Positions 1 through 9,416 of a stretch of DNA of 64,000 nucleotides are shown here, one piece after another; the stretch's first letter is position 1, and each line of letters opens with the position of its first letter. Source of the stretch: an uncultured Candidatus Saccharibacteria bacterium (GTDB taxonomy: Bacteria; Patescibacteriota; WWE3; UBA101185; UBA10185); NCBI GenBank assembly GCA_964387275.1, contig CAYLVW010000003.1, positions 45,796 to 109,795 of the forward strand, written 5' to 3'. The position numbers and the translations under genes were made by a program. Below the pieces are notes generated by a model. The model saw only the letters and a list, made by a program, of their open reading frames with translations. It was not told the DNA's origin and searched no databases.

Positions 1-251
1 CGGTACAAAAAAAAGATCTCGTAGATCAAGACATGGTAGAAATAAAAATAGAGGGCACACAAGAAAAATTAATAGATATATTAAAGAGATGTTTAGATAG
101 TGAAACATCAAATTCAGATATTAGACGCACCATCGAGCAAGGCGGTGTATCAATCGATGGTGTGGTTTTGAAAAATACAAACGAAATTGTAGAATTGAAA
201 AACGGAACAATTATAAAGTTTGGCAAAAGAAAGTACTTCAAAGTTATCTAA
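1..251 (+). CDS. tyrS: Tyrosyl-tRNA synthetase, C-terminal S4 RNA-binding domain (5' end outside window)
   Basis: The frame is open from nt 3 with no upstream stop. The S4-like sequence '...RRTIEQGGVSIDGVVLKNTNEIVELKNG...' is typical of a TyrRS C-terminus. Stop at 249-251. Confidence 0.55.
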   Translation, partial: VQKKDLVDQDMVEIKIEGTQEKLIDILKRCLDSETSNSDIRRTIEQGGVSIDGVVLKNTNEIVELKNGTIIKFGKRKYFKVI

Positions 252-426
252 ATATGCAAAAGGCACTTGAAAAGAAAAAAACTCTTAAAAACTCCCTTAG
301 GTTAATGAAAAAATCTATAAAGCCGGAAAATATTTTCAAATTCATAATAATAGTGACATCCCTTGCTATAATTGCATCTTCATTCCTACCATACATAATT
401 TACTAAGATTGGGGACAACCACTAGT

Positions 427-2445
427 ATGAACCCATTAGATAGGCCAATAAATAAGCTCTCAAAGGTAGGAGATAAATATAAATTCCTCCTTAGTAAACT
501 CGATATATACACAATTAGAGACTTAATCTACCACTTTCCATTTAGATATGAAGATTATTCTAAGATATCGACAGTTAGTGAGACATGTGACGGACAGTTT
601 GTAACAGTAAGAGCAACCGTTTTAGACGTAAAAAATATATTCTCAAGATACGGTAAAAAGCTAATCAAAGCAAAAGTAACAGATCCAACCGGCTCAATGG
701 AGCTACTTTGGATGAACCAGATGTATGTGGCAAACAACTTAAGTATCGGGGATACATTCTTTTTTAGCGGAAAAATATCCTTATATAAAAGTAAAAAGAC
801 AATATTTTCTCCTGAATTTGAAAGGGTGGGGGAAGGGAATTTAAATACTGGGAGACTTGTCCCTATATACCCTGAGACAGCAGGAGTATCATCAAAATAT
901 ATAAGAGCTAGAATTAACGACGTCTTAACTCAAAATCTCTTGGAAAATTTTATTGAAGATCAAATTGACCCCGATATAAAAAAAAGACAAGAGCTTATAG
1001 ATCTTGTGGATGCCTTAAATAAGATACACTTTCCAAAAAGTATTGAGGACACTGAAGATGCCCGTAAGAGATTTTCATTTGAAGAACTATATAGTGAGTT
1101 ACTAAATGTTGAAATTAGGAAATCTGAGTGGAATAATGCTTTTAAATCCAATGGGATGGTAATTAAAACGGATATGCTAAATGGGCTTGAAGGATCCCTA
1201 CCTTTTGATCTAACCCCATCTCAAAAACAAGCCATTTCAGAAATCTCAAAAGACCTTACTTTTGAAAAACCTATGAATAGACTCTTAGAAGGAGACGTAG
1301 GTACCGGAAAAACAATTGTAGCTATCTTTGCTTCATATATAGCCCATCTTAATAATTTTTTAACTATTTATCTCGCCCCCACTGAAATACTAGCAGAACA
1401 GCACTACAAAACTTTTAAAAAAGTCCTACCAAACGTAGAGATAAATCTACTAACTGGATCAAAAAAACTAAAAAATATCGAAAACCACAGTATAGTAATT
1501 GGAACACACGCGCTACTTTACAACGAACAAATATACAAAAACGTTGGTCTAATAGTAATTGATGAACAGCATAGGTTTGGAGTCGAACAAAGAGCCAAAA
1601 TAATCAAAATGTCGCAAACCTCAGAAGACATAAAACCACACCTTCTTAGTATGACAGCAACACCCATTCCAAGAACACTAGCCCTCACTCTATATGGTGA
1701 CTTGGACATATCAGTACTAACATCACCACCAAACAAATATAAAAAAATCACAACAAAAGTAATTCCCCACAGTTCAAGAGAAAAAGTATACGAATGGATA
1801 AAAAATAAAAAAGAGGCAACCTTCATAGTATGTCCTCTCATTGAGGAATCTGAATCTGAAAGCTTTGAAAACGTCAAATCTGCACAAAAAGAATTTGAAC
1901 TGCTAAGTAAGACAATCTTCAAAGAAATACCAGTAGGACTACTTCACGGAAAAATGAAGCCACAAGAGAAACAAGAAATAATTGATAAATTCAGAAACGG
2001 AGAAATAAAAATACTTGTATCTACACCGGTAATTGAAGTAGGTGTTGATATACCAGACGCTGTTGTTATGGTAATAGAAAGCGCTGAACGCTATGGTCTA
2101 GCATCCCTGCACCAACTAAGGGGAAGAGTCGGAAGGGGAGAAAAAGAAGGTTACTGTTTTGTGTTCATGACAGAAAATTCCAGAGGCAACTATCAACGCC
2201 TTAAAAACCTTGAAGAAATAACGGACGGACTAAAATTAGCAGAGGTAGATCTAAAATATAGAGGAACAGGAGATATTTACGGCACTCTACAACACGGTTT
2301 CAAAAAATTTAAAATAGTTGACCTTACAAACCTGGAACTGGTAGAAAAAGCTAAATTAGAAGCTCAAAACACAATAAGATCAAAACCATTGGAAGAAATA
2401 AAAAAATACTCATACGAAACCGGAAAACTAATTGAAAAAAACTAA
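427..2445 (+). CDS. recG: ATP-dependent DNA helicase RecG
   Basis: Wedge/OB N-terminus. Walker A 'GDVGTGKT' and 'DEQHRFGV' motor motifs. C-terminal 'QLRGRVGRG'. Length matches RecG. The track ORF starts at TTG 409; ATG at 427 chosen. Confidence 0.9.
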   Translation: MNPLDRPINKLSKVGDKYKFLLSKLDIYTIRDLIYHFPFRYEDYSKISTVSETCDGQFVTVRATVLDVKNIFSRYGKKLIKAKVTDPTGSMELLWMNQMYVANNLSIGDTFFFSGKISLYKSKKTIFSPEFERVGEGNLNTGRLVPIYPETAGVSSKYIRARINDVLTQNLLENFIEDQIDPDIKKRQELIDLVDALNKIHFPKSIEDTEDARKRFSFEELYSELLNVEIRKSEWNNAFKSNGMVIKTDMLNGLEGSLPFDLTPSQKQAISEISKDLTFEKPMNRLLEGDVGTGKTIVAIFASYIAHLNNFLTIYLAPTEILAEQHYKTFKKVLPNVEINLLTGSKKLKNIENHSIVIGTHALLYNEQIYKNVGLIVIDEQHRFGVEQRAKIIKMSQTSEDIKPHLLSMTATPIPRTLALTLYGDLDISVLTSPPNKYKKITTKVIPHSSREKVYEWIKNKKEATFIVCPLIEESESESFENVKSAQKEFELLSKTIFKEIPVGLLHGKMKPQEKQEIIDKFRNGEIKILVSTPVIEVGVDIPDAVVMVIESAERYGLASLHQLRGRVGRGEKEGYCFVFMTENSRGNYQRLKNLEEITDGLKLAEVDLKYRGTGDIYGTLQHGFKKFKIVDLTNLELVEKAKLEAQNTIRSKPLEEIKKYSYETGKLIEKN

Positions 2446-2801
2446 CAACTACTAGGTGACACATTTACAATACTTCTAAGAATTTCCTCCAACAAGAGAA
2501 AATCAGTATCAGACATTTTCGTATACCTAATACAACTTTTACCAGTACCTTTAGGAAGCCTACTTCTAAAATCTTTCATAGCAACAGTATTAAGCACATA
2601 AAAAGAGATATAGTTTTTCTGGCTGTTAAATGAAATCTCAGGTTCATTGTTTCTTAAATACACAGGCATACCGTACATCATATTTTCATCAAAACCTTTT
2701 AGAATATTAAGACATAAGGATCTAATCCTTTCTAAATCACGGCTTCTACCTGCAGGAACAGTTTTCATATACTCATCGACAGTTTTAGCACTACTTTGCA
2801 T
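2442..2801 (-). CDS. DUF1801 (YdhG-like) domain protein
   Basis: 'KTVDEYMKTVPAGRSRDLERIRSLCLNILKGFDENMMYGMPVY...ISF' resembles the DUF1801 family. Start trimmed to the internal M (MQSSAK) because the longer ORF overlaps rsmD. Confidence 0.55.
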   Translation of the reverse strand: MQSSAKTVDEYMKTVPAGRSRDLERIRSLCLNILKGFDENMMYGMPVYLRNNEPEISFNSQKNYISFYVLNTVAMKDFRSRLPKGTGKSCIRYTKMSDTDFLLLEEILRSIVNVSPSSC

Positions 2802-2861
2802 ATTCACATTATAGCAAACAACAAAAGTGACTATACATTGCAACCATGCTAAAATCTCCTC

Positions 2862-3446
2862 GTGATAAGAATTACAAGTGGTAGTGCTAAAAATAAAAAA
2901 ATAAAAATACCAGATATTGAAGGCATAAGGGTTGCCCAAGATAAAGTAAGACAGGCAGTATTCTCAATAATCGGAGACAAAATTGAAGAAGCTACCTGTT
3001 TAGATTTGTATGCAGGGTCTGGAATAATGGGAATTGAGGCCCTCAGTAGGGGAGCAAGCTACTGTGATTTTGTAGACAAAGAGTACAACGCAATCGGAAC
3101 CATAAAAGACAACCTCACAAATTGCAACTTTGAAAATACCTTAGTGGAAGACGAAAATAAACCTTATATATTAGAAAAATACAATCTACACCACATGGAA
3201 GCAGCAAAATTTACATCCAAAACACCGGAAAAATATGATGTAATATTTGCTGATCCATTTTACAACGACCTAAAGCTCAAACACCTATTTGAAGGCATAG
3301 AACAATGTCTTAGTGCTTACGGAATAGTAGTGCTTCTACATGGAGAAGCCTTAAACATCCCACAAACCCTCTCAAACACAAATCTCATTGAAGTGGACTC
3401 TAGGAAGTACGGCGCTACACTAGTTTCTATAATTAAACACAATTAA
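2862..3446 (+). CDS. rsmD: 16S rRNA (guanine966-N2)-methyltransferase RsmD
   Basis: 'VRQAVFSIIGD...CLDLYAGSGIMGIEALSRGA...FADPFY' carries the RsmD SAM-binding and DPPY-like motifs. Length about 190 aa. Confidence 0.8.
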   Translation: MIRITSGSAKNKKIKIPDIEGIRVAQDKVRQAVFSIIGDKIEEATCLDLYAGSGIMGIEALSRGASYCDFVDKEYNAIGTIKDNLTNCNFENTLVEDENKPYILEKYNLHHMEAAKFTSKTPEKYDVIFADPFYNDLKLKHLFEGIEQCLSAYGIVVLLHGEALNIPQTLSNTNLIEVDSRKYGATLVSIIKHN

Positions 3447-3493
3447 AAAAGCCCACATTGTATGTATTTAAACATAAAACGCGGGCTATAACC

Positions 3494-3934
3494 TCATCCC
3501 CCAAACAAATAACGTACGAGCATCTCAAATTCGTTTTGAGGCAAGAGCATTCTTAAAAACCAAGCAATAATGGACAAAAGCGACACGGCAGTAATAACAC
3601 CTGCAATAATAGCAGCTGGAAACCTTTCTTCTACTAGCTCCCACACAAAAACAATTCCCATAGCATACAAAACTACCACGGTAAGAATCAAGGACACATA
3701 GGGTAGTGCATTAAAAAACACTTCGGAACTATATGAATAAACAAAAACAGCAAAACCCCCAAGAATTGTCACAGAGATTGCATACTTTAAAAAACTAGTA
3801 ATAATATCGTCATTAGTAAGCTTTAGAATTTTACCCATAAAGTCAGCGAACATCCCTAGTGAAAGTGCTAGCCCAATAAGCAAAACCAGCACTTCAATTA
3901 ACAATGCAATTATTAAGCCGTTTTGACCAAACAT
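3494..3934 (-). CDS. Hypothetical polytopic membrane protein
   Basis: Four or five hydrophobic segments. No recognisable motif. Confidence 0.45.
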   Translation of the reverse strand: MFGQNGLIIALLIEVLVLLIGLALSLGMFADFMGKILKLTNDDIITSFLKYAISVTILGGFAVFVYSYSSEVFFNALPYVSLILTVVVLYAMGIVFVWELVEERFPAAIIAGVITAVSLLSIIAWFLRMLLPQNEFEMLVRYLFGG

Positions 3935-4134
3935 GCTTTCTTTCCTCTCTTTGCTGCAAATATTAGCATAAACAGATTGTTATAACAACCTATAGTACAG
4001 ACTGGCTGTAACATACTAAAATTGGAACAACTACAATGATTTGCAAAAATACCTAAACCGAGCTATAATTACTATAGGTCAAACACTGGCTAAATCCAGC
4101 CAGGTATTCAGATAAACTCAAAGAGGAAAGTACC

Positions 4135-4488
4135 ATGAACAGCAAACTCGTCGTCGCAGCCGTTGCGTTTTTTTACGTTGCGGCTAAGTGGATTATGCCC
4201 GACTGGGATGCCTTTGTCGGCATCAGCCGGGTGAATTACAACATAGGCTTTAACGGGTTCTCAACCCTTGTGGCCTTTTATATCACGTATCGTATTTTTC
4301 CGTTTGAGTTCAAGAGCCTATACCTACTGGTACCGGCTCTATGCGGAGTGGTGATCATGGGGATGATATTTAATCCTTATTTCACCACGAACCTACCCGT
4401 CGTTCCGACGGCACTTATAATGGTGGTCTGCGGAATCGGAGGTATCGTGTTGGGGATGGCCAGGAGACAGTTGCAACAGAATTCTTGA
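4135..4488 (+). CDS. Small 4-TM membrane protein encoded by an anomalously GC-rich gene
   Basis: ORF of about 50% GC with GC-rich third positions ('ctcgtcgtcgcagccgttgcg...') inside a ~36% GC context. Hydrophobic 117-aa product. Followed by the terminator at 4495-4544. Confidence 0.55.
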   Translation: MNSKLVVAAVAFFYVAAKWIMPDWDAFVGISRVNYNIGFNGFSTLVAFYITYRIFPFEFKSLYLLVPALCGVVIMGMIFNPYFTTNLPVVPTALIMVVCGIGGIVLGMARRQLQQNS

Positions 4489-4494
4489 CCTACG

Positions 4495-4544
4495 AGGACC
4501 TGTTTAATGCGAAAATAAAGAAGCATAAACAGGTCCTATTTTTA
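4495..4544 (+). terminator. Rho-independent terminator
   Basis: Perfect 11-bp stem 'aggacctgttt'/'aaacaggtcct' followed by 'attttta'. Confidence 0.6.
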
Positions 4545-4706
4545 TGCATAAAACAGTAGTGAAAGCTCGGAAAACTGAAATATACCGGCTCACTTCCTTT
4601 CTATAGCAGAATAACCACCATATTTTTTTCATTTTAGGTCTAAGGTCTCCAATTTTAAAAATGGTTAAGGTTGACAAATACCAGGGTAAAAAGTATAGTC
4701 GTTACC

Positions 4707-4853
4707 ATGCAGGTACCTAAACGAAGACATAGTCGCGGTAGAACGCGAAGAAAAAGAAACAGCCATTATGTTAAATCCGTAACAAACGCGATTAAAACTG
4801 CAGATGGTAAAGCATATAAAAGACCTCATTTTGATGAGAAAGTAGAACTTTAA
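4707..4853 (+). CDS. rpmF: 50S ribosomal protein bL32
   Basis: 'MQVPKRRHSRGRTRRKRNSH...TADGKAYKRPH' matches the bL32 N-terminal signature (MAVPKRR...) and the E. coli-type Cys-less variant. Confidence 0.8.
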   Translation: MQVPKRRHSRGRTRRKRNSHYVKSVTNAIKTADGKAYKRPHFDEKVEL

Positions 4854-4944
4854 TCCCTTATATATCAGCATTTTGTGTTTTTTCTAGGGGATAGAAGCGT
4901 TTGTCTGTAGAAAACAGACGAAAAGCTGTATAATAAATAGTCGT

Positions 4945-5370
4945 ATGAAAAGCAAAAAAGATCCAAGACATGAAGCGCGAAAGTTAGCCTTGTCAGGTAT
5001 ATTTTGCTGGTTGTTTTCAGACTCAGATAATTTACTTACTGTAGCACTTTCAAAAGAACTAATGGAGTCAGACAATGTTGATGTAGATCTAGCAAACAAT
5101 ATTATTGCAGGGGTTAAAGAAAACAACGAAAAAATAGATGAAATTATATCCAAATGTGCTCCAGAATGGCCTATAGATAAAATATCAAAGATTGATTTAG
5201 TAATACTAAGAGTGGGTACATATGAGGTTTTATTTTCAAAAACTCCTTCAAAAGTTGCAATTGATGAAGCTGTGGAACTTGCCAAAGAATTCGGAAATGA
5301 CAGCTCAGGCAAGTTTGTAAATGGGGTGTTAGGCGCAGTGGTAGAAGCAAAAGATTCACTTATTGCATAA
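4945..5370 (+). CDS. nusB: Transcription antitermination factor NusB
   Basis: '[13 protein letters not shown]' NusB N-terminal signature. 141 aa, all-helical. Confidence 0.8.
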   Translation: MKSKKDPRHEARKLALSGIFCWLFSDSDNLLTVALSKELMESDNVDVDLANNIIAGVKENNEKIDEIISKCAPEWPIDKISKIDLVILRVGTYEVLFSKTPSKVAIDEAVELAKEFGNDSSGKFVNGVLGAVVEAKDSLIA

Positions 5371-5609
5371 TGTCCCAAGTTAAATAGAATATTACTGAAG
5401 AAAAAAATAGGTACTTGTGGTATAAGATACTTTGAGTTAAATTCGGGTAATAGTAAATCTATTAAGGCTCATAGGTTGCGCTTGTCCCTTCTTTTGTGAC
5501 TTAATCATTTTAGAAGCTATGAAGAAAGCGTATAAACAAGCACTTGCACAGCTTAGACTTACGCCGTAAAGTAAATTTACTTATCTTGCCCTTAAATAAG
5601 GAAATAATT

Positions 5610-5846
5610 ATGACAGCTAACTATTTAAAAAAAATTAAAGAGATACTTCTCGAAAAATTCGGTGTAGAACCAGAAGAAGTAGAGTCAGATTCATACTTTA
5701 CTGATGATCTAAATCTTGGTGAATTAGAAATTGATGAGCTTTTGGTGGAGTTGGAAGAGATATATCACACAAGCCTAATGGAAGAAAAGGAAGAAATTAA
5801 ATCAATTGAAGATTTGATAGATATACTAGTCGAAAAACTTGAGTAG
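5610..5846 (+). CDS. Acyl carrier protein-like protein lacking the phosphopantetheine-attachment Ser
   Basis: Aligns with AcpP: 'IKEILLEKFGVEPEEV...FTDDLNLGELEIDELLVELEE' vs E. coli 'VKKIIGEQLGVKQEEV...[22 protein letters not shown]'. DSL is replaced by GEL. RBS 'aaggaa' upstream of ATG 5610. Lies upstream of rnc as in Bacillus. Confidence 0.7.
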   Translation: MTANYLKKIKEILLEKFGVEPEEVESDSYFTDDLNLGELEIDELLVELEEIYHTSLMEEKEEIKSIEDLIDILVEKLE

Positions 5847-5861
5847 CATCTACGCAGCGAA

Positions 5862-6557
5862 ATGCAAATAGATTTTGAAAAACTCGAAAAAATAATAGAC
5901 ACTCCCATAAACGATAGAAATCTGTATATTACAGCTTTTACTCATAGATCCTACCTAAATGAGCACCCATCATATGATAACCCATCTAATGAGAGGCTCG
6001 AGTTTTTAGGAGATGCTGTGTTGCAATTGATTTCATCCGAATTCTTGTTTAAAAAGTATGGAGATCTCCCAGAAGGGGATCTTACCAATTTAAGAGCATC
6101 TATTGTATGCACCCCCTCAATATCGGAAGAAGCAAAAAGGCTTGGTTATGGAGATTTCCTACTCCTTTCTAATGGAGAAGAAGCAACCGGAGGTAGAAAT
6201 AGAGAATATATACTGGCAAATACATTTGAAGCTGTTCTAGGAGCACTATTTCTAGATAAAGGCATAGATGCATGTAGGGTCCTTATAGAAAGGGAGTTAC
6301 TTTATAAAACTGAGGAGATAAAGGCTAAAAATCTCTACAAAGATGCCAAATCTAAATTTCAAGAACTAGCTCAAGACAAATTCGGAGTCACTCCAAGATA
6401 TGAAGTACTGGATTCATGGGGTCTTGATCATGAAAAAACCTTCAAAGTAGGGGTTTTTATTGATAAAACCTCATACGGAGTTGGGGAAGGAAAAAGTAAA
6501 CAGCGCGCAGAACAGCAAGCAGCAACAAATGCATTAGACAAAATTCAATCGCTTTGA
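5862..6557 (+). CDS. rnc: Ribonuclease III
   Basis: 'ERLEFLGDAVL' RNase III signature plus a C-terminal dsRBD. Confidence 0.9.
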   Translation: MQIDFEKLEKIIDTPINDRNLYITAFTHRSYLNEHPSYDNPSNERLEFLGDAVLQLISSEFLFKKYGDLPEGDLTNLRASIVCTPSISEEAKRLGYGDFLLLSNGEEATGGRNREYILANTFEAVLGALFLDKGIDACRVLIERELLYKTEEIKAKNLYKDAKSKFQELAQDKFGVTPRYEVLDSWGLDHEKTFKVGVFIDKTSYGVGEGKSKQRAEQQAATNALDKIQSL

Positions 6558-6571
6558 TAGAATCTCTCGGT

Positions 6572-6841
6572 ATGTCAATAACAATAAGATTAGCAAAAGA
6601 AGGAAAAAGAAACGCACCATCATACAAAGTTGTGGTTGCCCAAACCAGATCTAAAAGAAATGGCAAACCATTAGATGTACTTGGATATTTCAATCCTTCG
6701 AAAAATCCTAAAGAATTCACAATTTCAGAAGAAAAGTATACTGAATGGACCAAAAAAGGTGCATTAGTTACACCAGCTATTAAAAACCTAATAGCAGGTA
6801 CTTACGAATTTGTAAAATATTCACCAAAAAAGGATAAATAA
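6572..6841 (+). CDS. rpsP: 30S ribosomal protein bS16
   Basis: 'MSITIRLAKEGKRNAPSYKVVVAQTRSKRNGKPLDVLGYFNP' matches the bS16 N-terminus. Confidence 0.9.
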   Translation: MSITIRLAKEGKRNAPSYKVVVAQTRSKRNGKPLDVLGYFNPSKNPKEFTISEEKYTEWTKKGALVTPAIKNLIAGTYEFVKYSPKKDK

Positions 6842-6843
6842 CA

Positions 6844-7110
6844 ATGAAGGAATTTGCAGAATTTCTTATAAAACAGTTAGTAAATAATACTGGTGCAGTT
6901 TTTATAGATGAAGTCGCTGATGGTGAATATACACGAATTGTAATAAATGTAGCACAAGAAGATATGCCAATAATAATTGGCAAAGGCGGAAAAAATATTA
7001 AATCTGTAAGAAATCTCATTAGAGCAAAAGCAATTAAAGAAGGTGTTAGAGTAAGTGTAGAACTTGCGGAAGATCTCACACCTCAGCAGCAAGAAAACCC
7101 AACACGTTAG
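6844..7110 (+). CDS. KH-domain RNA-binding protein (YlqC/UPF0109 family)
   Basis: 'IIGKGGKNIKSVRNLI' GXXG KH motif. Conserved position between rpsP and trmD. Confidence 0.8.
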   Translation: MKEFAEFLIKQLVNNTGAVFIDEVADGEYTRIVINVAQEDMPIIIGKGGKNIKSVRNLIRAKAIKEGVRVSVELAEDLTPQQQENPTR

Positions 7111-7226
7111 ACACAATGCTTCTGCAATTTCTTATTAAGTTGCTACTAATTAACCTCAAATTAGCCTTAATTTCTGCTACAACATATCAATAATGTGGAG
7201 CATAATTAAAATAGCTACAATCATAT

Positions 7227-7898
7227 ATGAAAAAATATAACTTGATATCAGCACAGACTAGAATTTTTGAGTCTCCACTAAAAGAAAGGCCCTTTAAGGT
7301 AGCTATTGAGAAAAAAGCTGCTGAAATAAACTTAGTCAATCTCAGAGACTATGCAATAGATTCCTACGGAACCATCGACGGAAAACCTTTTGGAGGAGGG
7401 GTAGGAATGATTTTAAGACCAGAGCCTATATACAGTGCACTGCTAGACTTATACGGCTCTGATGAGAAGATATTGGATACTAAGGTGTCTTCAACAAAGA
7501 AGATAGTTGTTCTGGATCCGGCAGGCCCAAAGTGGAATCAAAATAAAGCTAAGGAATATTCAAAACTCGAAGAAATCACCTTTATATGTGGTAGATACGA
7601 AGGTATAGATCAAAGGGTGGTGGATTTATTTGCAAGTGAAACTGTAAGTTTAGGAGAGTTTGTCGCGTCGGGTGGGGAACTACCAGCTCTAGTAATATTA
7701 GAAACTATACTAAGGCTTGATGAAAACGTACTGGAAAAACCTGAAGCAACAGAACTTGAAAGCTACAGTAACGACAGCACAACAGAACATCCGCAATATA
7801 CAAGACCAGAGGAATTTAAAAATCTCTTAGTACCTAAAGTTCTTCTAAGTGGAGATCATAAAAAAATCAAAGAGTGGAAAAAATCAAATAGTAAGTGA
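7227..7898 (+). CDS. trmD: tRNA (guanine37-N1)-methyltransferase TrmD
   Basis: 'DGKPFGGGVGMIL', 'CGRYEGIDQRV' and 'SLGEFVASGGELPALV' TrmD motifs. Confidence 0.9.
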   Translation: MKKYNLISAQTRIFESPLKERPFKVAIEKKAAEINLVNLRDYAIDSYGTIDGKPFGGGVGMILRPEPIYSALLDLYGSDEKILDTKVSSTKKIVVLDPAGPKWNQNKAKEYSKLEEITFICGRYEGIDQRVVDLFASETVSLGEFVASGGELPALVILETILRLDENVLEKPEATELESYSNDSTTEHPQYTRPEEFKNLLVPKVLLSGDHKKIKEWKKSNSK

Positions 7899-8002
7899 AA
7901 AGCATTGAACACGTTAAAGTAGGCGCTTTATATTACAAAATATATATAAAACTGAAAGTTTTCTACTTATTAAGCCCAAATTCAACCAATTTTTAAAACA
8001 AA

Positions 8003-8833
8003 TTAGCTTTGTGGCTGCTCAGATGGAGTTGTCTCTAGGGCTTCTGGTATTTCAATTACCTGATCTATTCCTATTCGGTAAAATCTTAACTGCTTAAGCT
8101 TTGCTATGAAATCATTAAAGAGCTTTGATTTTATATCTAAATCCACAGGCTCGTCTGTTACTGCAGTAGAAACAACATATAGGTACGGAGCACTAAGATT
8201 TATTGTAACCCCAAGTTCACCCGTGGATTCAGTTTTATTCGACAATGTGTATCTAAAATCGTCCACCTGTACAAATCTTGCGGAAGACTCAAGAAGGGAA
8301 TTAAAAGCCTTTATCTGGTCGTACGTGCCATCCACAGACAAATTAACAGTAATGTAGGTCTGGGTTTGATCCGAAACATCCGGAGCTCCAGTTTCTTTAG
8401 CCTTTGTACTTGAGGTATCCTGATAGGCATAGCTTAATCTTGTAACCTCCAAACCTGATTCCTTAGCCATAGTATCTATTTGAGTTAGTAACTGAGGTAC
8501 TTTCGCTTCACTGGGTAAAACATCGTCTACAAGGGTAGAGTCTTCAATAATGACTTCTTTATAATCAATAATATTTTTTAAATTAGAAAGCTTTAGGTCA
8601 AGATTTGCTGATAGGGTTTCTTGGGCAGTTATTTTTGCTCTAACTGATGGAATTTCCATATACTTAGGGTAAATGTATAAAACACCAAGTACCAACGTAA
8701 TAACCACACAGGACAATGGAATTAAGAAATTAATAACTACGTTTCTCACAGCTACTAAAGTAGTATTAAGCTTATCAAGCTCTGGGGATTTTTGAACCTG
8801 TTTATCAATGTCAATATTCATGTTTATGGGCAT
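8003..8833 (-). CDS. pilO: Type IV pilus assembly protein PilO-like
   Basis: Single N-terminal TM, coiled-coil and periplasmic-type domain. Last gene of the pilM-pilN-pilO run. Confidence 0.55.
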   Translation of the reverse strand: MPINMNIDIDKQVQKSPELDKLNTTLVAVRNVVINFLIPLSCVVITLVLGVLYIYPKYMEIPSVRAKITAQETLSANLDLKLSNLKNIIDYKEVIIEDSTLVDDVLPSEAKVPQLLTQIDTMAKESGLEVTRLSYAYQDTSSTKAKETGAPDVSDQTQTYITVNLSVDGTYDQIKAFNSLLESSARFVQVDDFRYTLSNKTESTGELGVTINLSAPYLYVVSTAVTDEPVDLDIKSKLFNDFIAKLKQLRFYRIGIDQVIEIPEALETTPSEQPQS

Positions 8834-8834
8834 A

Positions 8835-9416
8835 TTAGTTTTTTATTAACTCCACATCATAATCTACTAAAAGTGAAAAAGAAGCTCTATTCTCTGCGTT
8901 TGATAAGTTTACAGTGTTTAGGGTAACTGTTTTAAAAAGTGCACTATACCCTTGAGTAGCAGTAGGGAAGTCTGTATCTGTAAGATCTTTCATAAACTTA
9001 GCTACAAGTAAGTAATTATCTCCGGACCCAGTTATACTAATCTTACCAGTACTATCTATTGCAAAATCTTCGATCTGAATTCCTGCTGAGGTTCTTTTAT
9101 TAAACTCATCAAGAACTATTGAGTATCTAGTTCTCTTGGAGTAAATATCCTGTAAAGAAGTAAATTTCTTGTATAAATTTCGGGCCGTAATTTCAGTGGA
9201 AGTAAGAGATGCTATCTGCTGCCTGGAAGCATCAATTTTAGCCTCCGCAACCTGCAGTTCTTTAGAGAATTGATCATGTGTATAAAAAAGGTAACCGGTT
9301 ATACCTAAAGCAATCAGTAATATAATTATGGCAAGTATAGAGGTTGTTTTTACAGCCTTCTCTCGTTTTTGTACAACTACTTCTTGATCAGGTATTAGGT
9401 TAATAAATTCAGCCAT
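8835..9416 (-). CDS. pilN: Type IV pilus assembly protein PilN-like
   Basis: 'INLIP' N-terminal motif followed by a TM and coiled coil. Immediately downstream of pilM with a 1-nt junction. Confidence 0.65.
   Translation of the reverse strand: MAEFINLIPDQEVVVQKREKAVKTTSILAIIILLIALGITGYLFYTHDQFSKELQVAEAKIDASRQQIASLTSTEITARNLYKKFTSLQDIYSKRTRYSIVLDEFNKRTSAGIQIEDFAIDSTGKISITGSGDNYLLVAKFMKDLTDTDFPTATQGYSALFKTVTLNTVNLSNAENRASFSLLVDYDVELIKN

Noticed and set aside
4665-4871. A 68-aa ORF antisense to rpmF.
   Set aside because: It is fully contained antisense to a confidently identified ribosomal protein gene and has no support.
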